NCBI RefSeq assembly: GCF_018977255.1 | Contig: NW_024704744.1 | Location: 38,378,001-38,442,000, forward strand | DNA length: 64,000 nucleotides | Source of the DNA: Callorhinchus milii | Taxonomy: Eukaryota | Direction of reading: 5' to 3' | Shown here: positions 24,666 through 36,835 of the stretch, piece after piece | How positions within the stretch are numbered: the stretch's first letter is position 1 | Layout of the letters: each line of letters begins with the position of its first letter | The notes under the pieces: model-generated | What the model was told of the DNA's origin: nothing | The model's input: the letters and a program-made list of their open reading frames with translations, nothing else | Databases searched by the model: none | Translations under genes and position numbers: made by a program

Positions 24666-24982
24666 GGAGTCCTGTAGCTCAGTGGTTAGAGCACTCGCTT
24701 TGCAAGCAAGTGATCTGAGTTCAATTCCAGGCAGGGCGAAACCTTGGGCAAGTTTCCTTACTCCACACGCCTAATAATAATCCCTCCAAAAACCAAAAAC
24801 AATAATAAATTGGTTATTTTCAATCTACGACTGTTTGTGGGACATTGCTGTGCGCAATTGGCTGCTGCGTTCGCGCACAAATATACAGTCAATTCACTTT
24901 ACAGTGTGTTCTGTGAAGCGCTTTGGGACGTCCTCCTGACGTGAAAAGCGCTATATCAAATGCAAGGATTATTATTATTATA
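24666..24982 (+). mobile_element. Full-length young tRNA(Ala-like)-derived SINE, short subfamily, 9-bp TSD
   Basis: A box TAGCTCAGTGG at 24675-24685; B box GTTCAATTCC at 24719-24728; TSD CAATATATA at 24657-24665 and 24983-24991; (att)n tail. From memory it resembles the Callorhinchus SINE2-1 family. Confidence 0.95.
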
Positions 24983-25157
24983 CAATATATACAGTTCTGA
25001 GTGATTTCAAGGTACAACAACAACTTGTATTATATAACGCCCCAGACTACAGAGGAAAGTAATCCCATTCAGTTATATGAACAGCTCAAGCAATGAATCA
25101 GTTTATGATGGCATCTTGGCTCTCTCTGTGAAACTACTGCTTGATATCCACCATTCT

Positions 25158-25294
25158 CTCTTGTTGCATGCAAATTGGCTGCTGCATTCACCCACAAAAT
25201 ACAGTCACTACACTTTATAGTAAATCCTGTGAAACATTTTGAGACATCCTCCCAATGTGAAAGGCACTGTATCAAATTCAAGACTTATTATTAT
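25158..25294 (+). mobile_element. SINE 3' fragment
   Basis: gcaaattggctgctgcattcacccac...gagacatcctcccaatgtgaaaggcact. Confidence 0.75.
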
Positions 25295-26924
25295 ACATTT
25301 GGATTAAGCAATGTAAATATTCCAGAAAAACGGCAATGCATCTTAAAACTGACTAGTTTAGCATGGTCACCAGCATGACCCATCTATAGTGTGAATAGGA
25401 ATTTATTCTTAGGACAGTGAAAATTGTTACTTTTCCTCAAAGAAATTTGTGACATCTATTTAACTTCAGTGAACAGAATGGAGTAAACTCTACAAGCTAA
25501 TAATCAGCACAATTTGATAGCACATATTCATTATTTAATTTGTGGCTTGTTTGCTGCACACAAACCTTAGATCCCACTCTGCAAGGTGACACAAAGGAAG
25601 GTAAATACACTGCAGATAAGCCAGTGTCACTAGTGAACACAATATTGAGTGGATGAAGGATTCACACTGATGTAAAAGCTGTAAAGTGAAATTACTGTAT
25701 TAGATTTGTCACCAGACTTTTGGAACCTGATGTGGAGTTGCCAAGTGTGTGCGAGAGAGACCAGGTCATACAGAAGTTAACGCACTGCAATAAGCTGCAG
25801 ATTGCTTTGTTGTGCATCATTCTTTCAAGCAATAACTCAATAGATGCTTGAAAGCAAATGGCATCTACTTGTAACAAGCTGCTCACAGTTCCAAGGATTG
25901 CCGTTAATAGGGCATTATCCAACTTCTGTGGCAATTAACAACTTTACACTTCCTTACATGGATATTGGAATTAGCTAGTAAATTTGGCAGTTAAAAACAG
26001 AAGGGAAGAACAGATGAAGCAAAATGGATATACAGATAGGTTTTGGCATGGTTCAGCTTGGTCTCATCAACATTCTGAATTTTAGAAGTAGACAATCAAA
26101 TCTGTGCATCTTTTACAATATACGTCACATCTGTAGCACATTTACTGTGAAACACCCACCCACAACAGCAGCATGGAGTCAAAAATCCCATACAAGCAGG
26201 ACACTGCTATTTAATGACGACCTGCCCCATAACTCAGCTTCTAACCCTATAAAAGTAAATTGTTTCACAAATAAACGCAACATCCACATTTAAGCTCGTT
26301 TAAAAAGAACTTTGCAGAATTATATTGCAGCAGTTGAAAGAGTGCACAATGTATAACCTCTCTGTATATTTATCCATACAAATTCAATTGATTTTTAATT
26401 GAGTTCCCTCAAACAAACAGAGTAGCCTTAATAAACTGAAGCTGCTGTCTGTTGTACCATCTCAGAATCAATTAAAACCTTGAACGGATTTGCAAATGTT
26501 ATTTTAAAAATATTTTCTCATATTAAGCTTAATTATACTCCTATTCCAGCTTCTTTTGTCTCCCTCCAGTCATTTCTAAATCAGATAGTGACAAATATAA
26601 TAGTATCCATATTGTACCACTGTTTGTTCCCAAGGTGCTATTTGCAATATGTATTCAGGCAGCCAGTGTAAACATGCAATATGTAGGTTTAATCAATCCG
26701 TCCGCTTGACAAATGGCCTCCTTGGCAGGTGGCAGAAGAGACATTTTACTTGTGGCCCCTACTTCAAAACTCACTCAGGAAAAAAATATTATTTCCACCT
26801 TGATTTTTTTATGAAAAAATACAGTTAAGAGGCAGGCAAAACATCCCCCAAGGCTACATTGGTTGGGAATGATTTTCTCGTGGATTTTCCCCTTTTAGAG
26901 CCTACCTCACCAGTCCCAACCTCC

Positions 26925-27370
26925 ACACCTCCATCACTCCAGACCTTGCCTTGCCAGCTCCACTGGATCAGTCACAGAACTGATCAATTTGAAGATCCTC
27001 CCACTCAGCTGCAAATCACTTCATGCCATAGCATTTCCCTACCTCTCCAACCTGCCGACATGGCACTCCTTTTCCCGCTCCTTATACTCAGCCGACTTAG
27101 GCCTTCTGAGTGTCCCTCGATCCCTCTGCTCCACCATCGACAGACATTCCTTCAGCTACAATGAACCAAACCTCTGTAACTCCCTGCTCAATCCCTCCAC
27201 CTTTCGCCTTCTCTGCCCATCTTCAGATTGCACCTGAAGGCTTTCCTCTTCGACTGTGCCCACGGTCATCTTCCCCTTTTCTCTGCATCAGTATCGAGCT
27301 CTGCCACTGGTAAGTGCTCTGAGATGCTACCCTGCGTGAAGGGCACTAAATAAAGGCAAGACATTGTTCC
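26925..27370 (+). mobile_element. L2 3' fragment, old
   Basis: LHW...KILPLSCKSLHAIAFPYLSNL plus L2-type tail. Confidence 0.75.
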
Positions 27371-27546
27371 TTTTCAATCTATGTAGAAGTGTAAAATTGT
27401 TTTTGTAAAAAAAAATATACAATATGTGTACAATACAAATCTGCACCAAAAGCACTGTTCCCAGTTTGATTTTCTCTAATTATTGTCAACCACTCCCTTT
27501 CTAAAGTTATTTGATGTACCCAATACCTTGGTTTTAAATAAGAGAT

Positions 27547-27702
27547 GATAATCCTTGCATTTGATATAGCGCCTTCTCCTGTCATCGAGCCATCTTAAAA
27601 CGCTTCAAAGAAGTTATTGTAAAGTGAGGTGACAGTCTATTTTACAGGCAAACACAGCAGTCAATTTACGCACAGCAACGTCCCACAAACAGCCATGAAG
27701 TG
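27547..27702 (-). mobile_element. SINE 3' fragment
   Basis: ataatccttgcatttgatatagcgcc...gcacagcaacgtcccacaaacagcc. Confidence 0.8.
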
Positions 27703-28142
27703 AAATGTCTGATTTTTAATTAGCGGATTACACATGCTGTCACATTGGATCACACTCTTTTAGTCTAATCGGGTTTTTATTGACAGTCTGGCTTCTGAAT
27801 TGAGACAGATGTGCAGTCAGTGGATTTTTGAACACAATATACTCCTTTAACATACTACCACATTTACTTCAATGTTGCATTCACTTCTCCAGGATGCATT
27901 TAATGGAAGTAGATGGAGATGCGTGTATGCTACAATCCACACATCAAAATTTGCTAGATGACTTTAGTGGTCCATGTATTTAATATATATGCTTCACCAG
28001 TTACTCTGAATGGAAGGAAATAATTTAATACCCTATTTTATCAATCATAGCTGGTATCCAGATTCTTTAAACTCTCCTGAATTGCCATACATTACCATGG
28101 CCTCAGCAGTCCTATAATTTTGCTTGCCAACTGCAAAATAAT

Positions 28143-28465
28143 TAATAATAATAATAATAATCCTTGCATTTGATATAGCGCTTTTCACGTCAGGAGGACG
28201 TCCCAAAGCGCTTCACAGAATATACTGTAAAGTGAATTGACTGTATATTTGTGGGCGAACGCGGCAGCCAATTGCGCACAGCAATGTCCCACAAACAGTC
28301 GTAGATTGAAAATGACCAATTTATTATTGTTTTTGGGTTTTTTGGAGGGATTATTATTAGGCGTGTGGAGTAAGGAAACTTGCCCAAGGTTTCGCCCTGC
28401 CTGGAAGTGAACCCAGGTGTCTTGCTTGCAAAGCAAGTGCTCTAACCACTGAGCTACAGGACTCC
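28143..28465 (-). mobile_element. Full-length young SINE, short subfamily
   Basis: Near-exact reverse complement of 24666-24982. Confidence 0.95.
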
Positions 28466-28847
28466 AAATTCTCTTTAGGATTCTCCTGTCAGTTGTGTGA
28501 TAATGTTATAGTGCAGGGATGATATCACAGAAACATCTCCCAGTTTTTTTGCTTGTATAATTTCAGCGCTGCTTTTAAGTGTATCTAGCATATTTATCGT
28601 TTGATCAAGGTATCAACTTAGATTACAGTAAATAAAATTTAATGGAGTATAATTTAAATTCTGGTTTAAAGCAAGTTAATGACAATCAAATGGTGGCATT
28701 TATTCGTTATTGTTGACTGTTTATAACTCTCCACATTATTAGGAATAGAAAACTAACTTCATAGTTGCAGGTTTGACAGAACAGATTTCTTCAGAAATTA
28801 ATGGAGTAGAATTTTTCCCTAGAAAGTTTTGTGAAGAATGAAGCAGC

Positions 28848-29195
28848 TGGTATTTTTATGGCACCTTAAATGTCACAATGCAATGTCTCAAAAAGTGTCA
28901 CAGTAATTCTTATCAAGTGTGTTTTTGTAGGCAAGATCAGCAAAAATTTGGGCCACAGTAAGGTCACACAATTTATGTGAGACAAAATGCTAACTTATTT
29001 GGAGGTTCACTGGCCACAACATCAGGAGAAACTCCCTTCTGTTTTCAATAGTGTCACAGAAACTTTATGGATCATCCGAAAACAGGCAGATGGGACCTTG
29101 GTTTAACATCTCACCTGAAAATCAACACCTCTGAAAATACAGGGTTCTCCTGGCACTGCACTGAAGTATCAGTCTAGTCTATGAGCTGAAGTCCT
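28848..29195 (-). mobile_element. Old Deu-SINE, decayed
   Basis: caggagaaactcccttct...caggcagatgggaccttggtttaacatctcacctgaaa...gcactgcactgaagtatcagtctag is the reverse complement of the Deu core. Confidence 0.75.
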
Positions 29196-29434
29196 AATCC
29201 CTAAATAAAACAATTATACTTTACCTAACTCACAAACTAAATCACTAGCAAGACTACTGTTGGGAAGAAAAATATTACAAATCTAACCACTTACCATACA
29301 TTTATGGTCTAAATAAAGAATACTTCAGCTGCATTTAAGCGAATGGCATAATTCAGCCTACAGGTGTAAAATCTAAATGTGAATTGCTGATATCTCATAT
29401 GTAGGGAAGCTCTCTTAGCAATTCCTAGCTGACT

Positions 29435-30049
29435 CGCCGAAACCCTCATACATTAACCTTCATTATATCGAGGCTGGACTATGCAAACTCCTTGCTTGTT
29501 GGCCTCCCCAACTCCTCCCTCCGCAGGCCACAGATCATCCAGAACTCTGCAAGCTACATCCTCTCTCGCACCAGGCTTTGTGATCCTATCACTCCCATCC
29601 TTGCCCGACTCCACTGGCTTCCCATCACACAGAGGATACAGTTCAAGATCATGGTCCTCACCTTCAAAGCCCTCCATGGTCTTGCTCTCCCCCTACCTCT
29701 GTGACCTCCTAAACCCTACCATCCTGCCTGCTCAGCGGGCTCTTGCCTGTTTCATGTCCCCCACCTCACCCGTCCCACCATTGGCAGGAGGGCCTTCTGC
29801 CACTCTGCCCCCACCATCTGGAACTCCATCCCGCAGTCCCTCCGCGTCACCCCCTCCCTTGCTTTCTTCAAGACCCATCTCAAAACCCTCCTCTTCAACC
29901 GTTTTTCGATCACCCTGCTTCACCCTCTGCCCTCCACCCTCCCCAATCCCACCCCCAGTTCGGGTCCGAAACTCTGACTGTCCAGAGCCTTGGGATGTCC
30001 TCCCGATGTGAAAGGGGCTATCGATACAGATGTAATGTTGCTGTTGTTG
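29435..30049 (+). mobile_element. L2 3' fragment with tail
   Basis: LVGLPNSSLRRPQIIQNSASYILSRTRLCDPITPILARLHWLPITQRIQFKIMVLTFKALHGL; tail ccttgggatgtcctcccgatgtgaaagg. Confidence 0.92.
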
Positions 30050-32852
30050 ACTCCTGGATAAAATACAATTTTGAGATTTCTCCCTCTTAAAATCTATTAC
30101 TGCTGTGGTCATCAGCTCTCTGAACCTTTCTCCCAAGATCCACCTATACCACAATCTCTTACATGCTTTTGGCCTTCTCCCTGAATCCAAACTGGGCTGG
30201 AATCAAAATGCACCCAGAGCCTCCAGACAGTGGCATTCCTCACCTCCTCTGCTTTCCTTTCCTCCCACAATCTACAGGATTTTAAAATCCAAGCCTTGTG
30301 TCACATGACCACTACTTTTTAGATTTATCTCATACTGCTTTCAACTTTATGCTCTACTCCTCTCTTAACCTAGGGATTCCTCAATCACAAAACCTCAAAG
30401 CTGTCCCAGTGGTACGAGAGGCATCCAAGTGAGGGTTTCTGCCACGTAGCTGGTTTTGGGGGCTTCAATTATTATGGGTTGTATTGCAAGTCAGATTGTG
30501 GACAATATTGAAGCTGTTGTACATGCAGTAGAATCAGGCTTCCATGACCGTTTCTGCTAGCTTTGTTGACATTTGAATTGATGAAGCAACACAGAATTAC
30601 CAAGGGACAAAAACAAGGATGAAATGACTTGCATTTATACAGTGCCCTTCACATAAGGTAGCACTTGGAGTACTGAAACACTCACTTCATCATGCATCAA
30701 TGTCAAATAACCCCTGTATCCAAACATTTCAATCCAGCCTTTACCACAGCATAAAAATGGATAAAATTGTAATTCAGAAATTCATATTTCTAGAGGGAGG
30801 CAATTCTGAAAGTCAATTTAACCAGCCATTGTATTTATCTCAGCAAATATCTTTAATAATGAAATGTCTTAAAAGTTAGCTTTAACGAAATATCACACTT
30901 TATAAATTGACAACAGCACAATGGTAACAAGAACTATAGTAATTAGGATACAGAGCCAATTTGGAATATTTCTCAATTGAGAAACATTGAAGTCTGTGTT
31001 ACCAAGCTCACGGGAATGCTGCTCCTACTCAATGGATATTCAATTTGGGGTTCCCTAGAGCTGGAGTGACACACCCACAGTTACCAGAAGGAATTCCTGC
31101 TTGGGCTTTCTTAATTAAGAAATCCATCAAGAAATACAATGACTTTGATACCCTCTACCACTGCACAGCGATTGCAATGCTTTTTTCCTGCATCAAATAA
31201 GAGGAGCTATAGTCAGAAATAAAGTTTTAATTCCTCTTAATAGTTCTTCCACCTAAAAATACAGTTACTACACTTTACAGGACACTAAAACCTTGGCTTG
31301 CTGGATCAATTTGGGGGATATCCAATTCAGCGAGTCAGAATTTCCGGCTAAGAGTAATTACAATTCTGGTACCAGTATTTATTGGCGATGGCGTTTTTCA
31401 GTGCCAAAAATGCCGGTAAATGCTGGACTGGCATTGTATTTGTTTGAATCCTGCAAGCAGAAGATAGGGAATAAGCTTTTTTTGCTAGCAAGATTCAAAC
31501 TGAGTGAAAAACGATATCGCTGATCAAGGTAAACGCCAGCAAACATGGTGAGGTGGGGGCACGCGCTTGGAGAGGGGGCTGGCGGAAATTAACACAGGGC
31601 TTGTGGATTTTTCGTTTCAGCTGTGGGGTTTATTGTATTTCCGTGTGATACGCTTGAGACAGACTCATGATGTGAAGTTGCTATATGAGATAGGATTTTT
31701 TTCAAGAATTTGTGAATTTTTCTCTTTGGAGGGGGAAGAGGCACATTTCGGTGCTTGGATGACATTGCATTGGTTTCCTCTTCTGGCAAACAGCCATAAG
31801 GAAATGGATCACACAAGGTCCTTCCCTAGCAAAAATCTAATCTAAGCTTCCTCATCAATTATTGAATACAATCTTCAGAACAGCAACAATGATTGCTTCT
31901 AACATAGCATACCCCTACAAAATAATACTGTATACACTTCTCCATTAAATATCTACTAAAGGAATTAGCAGAGACAAGCAATTTTTTTTCCCAACTGACA
32001 ATATTGAGGCTCCACTGATTAAGTACTGCTTGTAATGAAAGCATAATAGGTAAGTGGGCCCAAGCATTGGTCATTAAAGTTCAGTCTGTTAACTATGCAG
32101 AAGGATACAATTACTGGTAAGAACAGGTACAACTGCTAAAAAATGGCAGATAAAAAAAATCAGAATGTTAACAGCTAAAGCAGTGCAGTTAGAAATGAGT
32201 AATACTGGTGACAGTAAAATAATGATGCACATCAACTATTAACAACAAGTTCAAGACAAGAAAGCCATATTTTGTCATTGTAAGTTCACACTACTTAAGT
32301 ACAGCTACAGACCAGTGGAGAATAAGATCCACTCACCCGTCTGAGTCGGTACGTTTACCGATGATGGGAGAATCACCCTCAACGTTTCCTTTTATGTACA
32401 TGACGTTGATCTTGCTCATCTCCACTGTACTAATGTCCCTTCCTGGTATCACAGCTTGTATCCTGCAGTATGGTGAATGTATAGAATTAATTGTGCCCAC
32501 ACAGAGGGCAAAGCTGCAGATGGGTTGTTCCCAATAGATGTTACAAGAAGTGTTTCACTCTAAAACGAACCAATACAGGTGCAATCTAAATGCATCAAAA
32601 CAAATATATTTCTTGAGAATGTGTATCAAACAAGCTATCCCCATTCTATGCATCATTCCTGAGGATATAACTGGGTCATCCTACCCCTGTTTCCCAGGAT
32701 CAGTTGTTTTCAAACAAAAAAAGTCCAACAGACTATCCCAGTGTTTTAAATGTTCTCCGGTCAATCAACCAAGAGCCAACTTCGATGTCAAAGAACTTGT
32801 GATCACAAGGAAGTAATTGAAGAGGGTAAAGTTTTCCAATAATCATCACATA

Positions 32853-32924
32853 GCTTTGGGACGTCCTCCCGACGTGAAAAGCGCTATATCAAATGCAAGG
32901 ATTATTATTATTATTATTATTATT
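32853..32924 (+). mobile_element. Young SINE tail-only insertion
   Basis: gctttgggacgtcctcccgacgtgaaaagcgctatatcaaatgcaagg(att)8, an exact match to the young tail. Confidence 0.9.
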
Positions 32925-34069
32925 GGAAGGTGAACACATCTCAATCTCTGCTGGTTGGTAGGTTTTCTAACCTGGTTTCCCACTCTCTTTGGTGTAATAC
33001 AAACATTGCTCCAGCTGTTGGATACACGCTGGAATTCAATGAATGGGAGACAAAGGTCTCATTACAATCTTTTTCTTGAAGGTGATGACGGGCTTTGGTT
33101 CTTTCAGGTCAGTCTCTTCCTATCAAACCCAAGATCAGTTTTAATTTTTAGTTGTATCTGTGTCAGGGAGTCTGGTGACTCACTTTTTCACAGTAGGTGA
33201 GTCTATCTGGTATGGACCAATGTCTGCGACATAATAATTACATTATTGTAAAGCCTCAACCACAAACTCAAATTTGTTGACCACGCGGGACTATGTTGCG
33301 CAACTGTGTCATGTGTTATGGATTGTATACAATCAAATTTAATACAACGTTATTCATGTCTGCCATTTATTTACTTGCTCAGTGTGGCTGAAAGACACTC
33401 GTTGGTGAAAATTGCAGGATAAATGAGTTATAAAAGGTGTTTCGAGACATAAAATGCATATCCTGCAGGGAACCCAACATCTGACACACCAACCAGTGAC
33501 AACTCTGCTCTGACTGGAGATAGCCTCAGGTCAGAGCAACGTTCTTGGGAATTAGTGATACATACATGGAGCTAAAATGTTTTAAAATATATCAATGTGG
33601 TGATATAGCAAGATGAGCACTTTCGCAACCCCAATTTATATATTTGTTTAAACTTGTTGGAAAGCTGGCCAAATGGATTTTTTTTAAAACGTTGTTAAAA
33701 AAATGGGTTTCTGCACCCACCACTCCTCCGTACATATTTTTAAACTAATAAATACAGTACATGGCAATGATTGTGAGATATTAATCTCAGCTTGTGGTTC
33801 AAATGATAGTTATGAACCATTCAAACTTCATAGTCATAGTTTATGGTGTTACGAGAACTCAGCAGGATTACTGCTTTGTAATCACTCCCAGATTCCCCAG
33901 ATTTTTATAGTATTTAATGGACCCAGAATTCCACATCAATCAACTGAAAATAATTCCTTGTAACTGGAGTTATGATTTCCCAATGATTACTCATTGATTG
34001 GTCAGATATGTTTCTATTAGAAGGTACAGTCTGAGGAAGAGGCAGTTTCTAGAGCAGGGCACTGCCATT

Positions 34070-34466
34070 GTGTGTGGTAGCAATCTAGCTTTTGAGTCAG
34101 AAGGTTGTGGGTTCAAATCCCACTTCAGGATTTGGAATTGCTTCGTCTAAGATGACACTCCAATGCAGTGCTGGGGGTGTATTGCATTGTTAGAGGTGCC
34201 ATCCTTCGGATGAGACATTAAACCAAGGTCCGTCTGCCCGTTCAGGTATATGTTAAAGATCCCACGGCACTATTCAAAAAGAGAAGGGAGTTTCTCCCAG
34301 TGTCCTGGCCAACAAACCCCCAAATCAAATTGGTCACTCAATCCATGGCTGTTTGTGGGACACTGTTGTGAGAAATTGCACTGCTGTGTTTGCCGACTAA
34401 TACACAGTCACTCCATTATCACATTAATTTGTGTGAAGAGCTTTGAGACTTCCTTATGATGTAATA
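34070..34466 (+). mobile_element. Near full-length Deu-SINE (SacSINE1-like)
   Basis: tRNA head gagtcagaaggttgtgggttcaaatccc; Deu core gacactccaatgcagtgctg...gaggtgccatccttcggatgagacattaaacc...aaagatcccacggcactattc...cagtgtcctggccaa; 3' tgtttgtggga. Confidence 0.88.
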
Positions 34467-36484
34467 CACTTCACCACTGCCCCCACCAAGTATATCCAGT
34501 AAAGCATAGTCCATTCACACTGAACCTCAAATCATCGTCTGTTTACACTCAACCCCAGATCACAGATGAGCTGAAGTACAACAACAACAAATTACACTTG
34601 TATAATTCACATTGGAAAGACACCCAGGGCACTGGACAAGTAAGCACATATATCCTAGCTGCGTAGGAGCTGGGAGTTTTCTGGAAAAAAAACGCACATT
34701 GCAGCCATCTTCTCCAGCAGGAAATCAATTAAAGTAGGTTATAAGTTCAGTCCCTGGTCAATAGATCTTCTGAGGAGGCAAGGGCTAGTTGATAAGCTGT
34801 GATACAAAAGCTGAAGTGCAGCATGAGTAGGTCAGAGGTGGAGAAAAGCCCTGAGCCTCTTATAACTCGGATGGGGGTGGAAGCACGACATTGTGAAACT
34901 ATACCCTTGCATTTTCCTCTCTTCTCCCTTCTTGTAAATGAAAGTGCTAAATGACAGAAAATTAAGGTATTGACAAGAGATTATAATCAGGTTTTGGCTT
35001 TCCATTTATTTTGAAATCGTAATCGCTTGCATGCTGAAAGCGTTGTCCTCATCATTATCTGGTTCCGAATCTGAATTGAATGTTTAGTTATATGAGGGAT
35101 GTCGACAATTGTCAGGATGGGAGATTAAATCTTTCAGCGCAAGTACTGAAAACTCAATGTGTCAGAAGCAATTTCTAGTAGTCAACAGAAGTCTGATTTC
35201 TTTCCCCTTCATTTTCAAACCAGACTTGACATAGAGTGTTTTCCAAACCAAAAGCAACTTGCACAATTACAACTTTACGAGACATACCTCCACAGTTTTT
35301 ATTCCTTCACCATCTCTTCTAACTTTTCGATCCTCCATTAGATATTTCCTTTCTAGTAACCGCAAAAGCCAAAGGAATTCGCTGCCTGAAGCTGATTAAC
35401 ACATACTTTCCCCAACCTTAAAAAAGACTCAAAGCTAAAATGTGAAATTCAAGCTCATTAAAGAAATACCTGCGACATCTAAAAACACGGAAAGGGGGAT
35501 GAGGAAGAGAGGAGAATAATGCTTTTAAATGTTTAACAGGAGCAAAGGAAACAAAATAGAAACAAGTTCTACTTGAATAATCAAGAAGCCTGCATGGGGT
35601 CATGCATGGTGGCATCTTAAATTAGAGCAAGGAAGGGGGAAGGGCAAAAGGAATTTGGGTTAGACCTCCAGTCTGTGGGGCCAACTGCACACTCTCTCAG
35701 CATTCCTGCTTAGGTTTCCATTTGTCGGATACCAAAACTACAACAAATTAAAAAATTAAGACACCCAGCTTGGTTAGTCTGCACAAACTCAATTTCCCTA
35801 TTTTGTGCTAGCTTATTTTTTGAAAAAAACACCATTCATGTTTCTCATACACACCAGCTGACAAGGTTTGGCTGGGGGGGGGGGGGGGGGGGGAGAAGGG
35901 TTTGTTTAAAAACACGCAAATTGCAGCATGTACTTCATCAAAAGGAAATTCTTGGATAAGATTTATTAATAGTGTGGTCCATCCACAATAAGTGCAATTC
36001 ATTGAAACCGCAGGAATGCCTCAAGTAACCAGAGGTATGCCAACCTTTTAAGCAGATGGCAGCCATTTCACACAATGTCACTGGTATAAAATATGCTGGT
36101 GGTTAACTGTACAGAAGTAGCAAACACCAGCATTTCTGCGTGAACTTTAAATGAACATTCATGTGAATCCATCCTCTACGTAGACTTGTGACATTTCTGT
36201 AACATTTTCTGAATAGCAAAACTGGGTCTAATTTGCGAATTGCGCAAACAAAGGGAATTACAGGGGCTCTTAATCATGGAATTAACAATCAATGGAAAGG
36301 ATTATGGAATTAACCTCTTTAACGGTTAATTACAGAATGAATAGAACCTGCAATTCCCTCAATGTGCATGCATTTACATATAGTTTGCAAAACATTTTCA
36401 TGAAAAGTTTGTGTCCAGCAAATCTTCTCTCCCCCATCTTGGTTACAAAGACTTGTCATGTGAATGTTTTCATTGTGATAAAAT

Positions 36485-36835
36485 TAATAATAACGCTTTT
36501 CATGTCAGATCTGTTTGTAAAATGTAGTGACTGTTTATTTGTAGGCAAACAGGACAGTCCATTTGTGCACAGCAATATCTCATAACCAGCCATGAAGGGA
36601 ATGATCAGTTTTGTTTTGACCCTTTCTCCTTTTCAAATAGTGGCCATGGAATCTTTAATGTCTACTTGAACAAGCTGCCGGAGTTTAACATGTCATCCGA
36701 AGGATGTCCAACAAGGCAACACACCCCAACACCGCATTGTTGCGTCAGCCTGGACTATATGAATTCAAGGTTCCAACATGGGGCTTGAACCCACAACCTT
36801 CTGACTCAGAGGCGAGGGTGATACCAACTGAGCCA
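36485..36835 (-). mobile_element. Deu-SINE, decayed
   Basis: gaacccacaaccttctgactcagaggcgag...caactgagcc head plus Deu core, in reverse. Confidence 0.82.

Noticed and set aside
24666-24740. tRNA-Ala-like sequence (also at 28390-28465, 39418-39490, 19430-19501)
   Set aside because: It is the head of a multi-copy SINE continuing into body and tail, not a standalone tRNA gene.
35874-35893. Poly-G runs (also near 13830, 46865, 53660) as G-quadruplexes
   Set aside because: Simple homopolymers on the non-transcribed-sense strand; no evidence of function.
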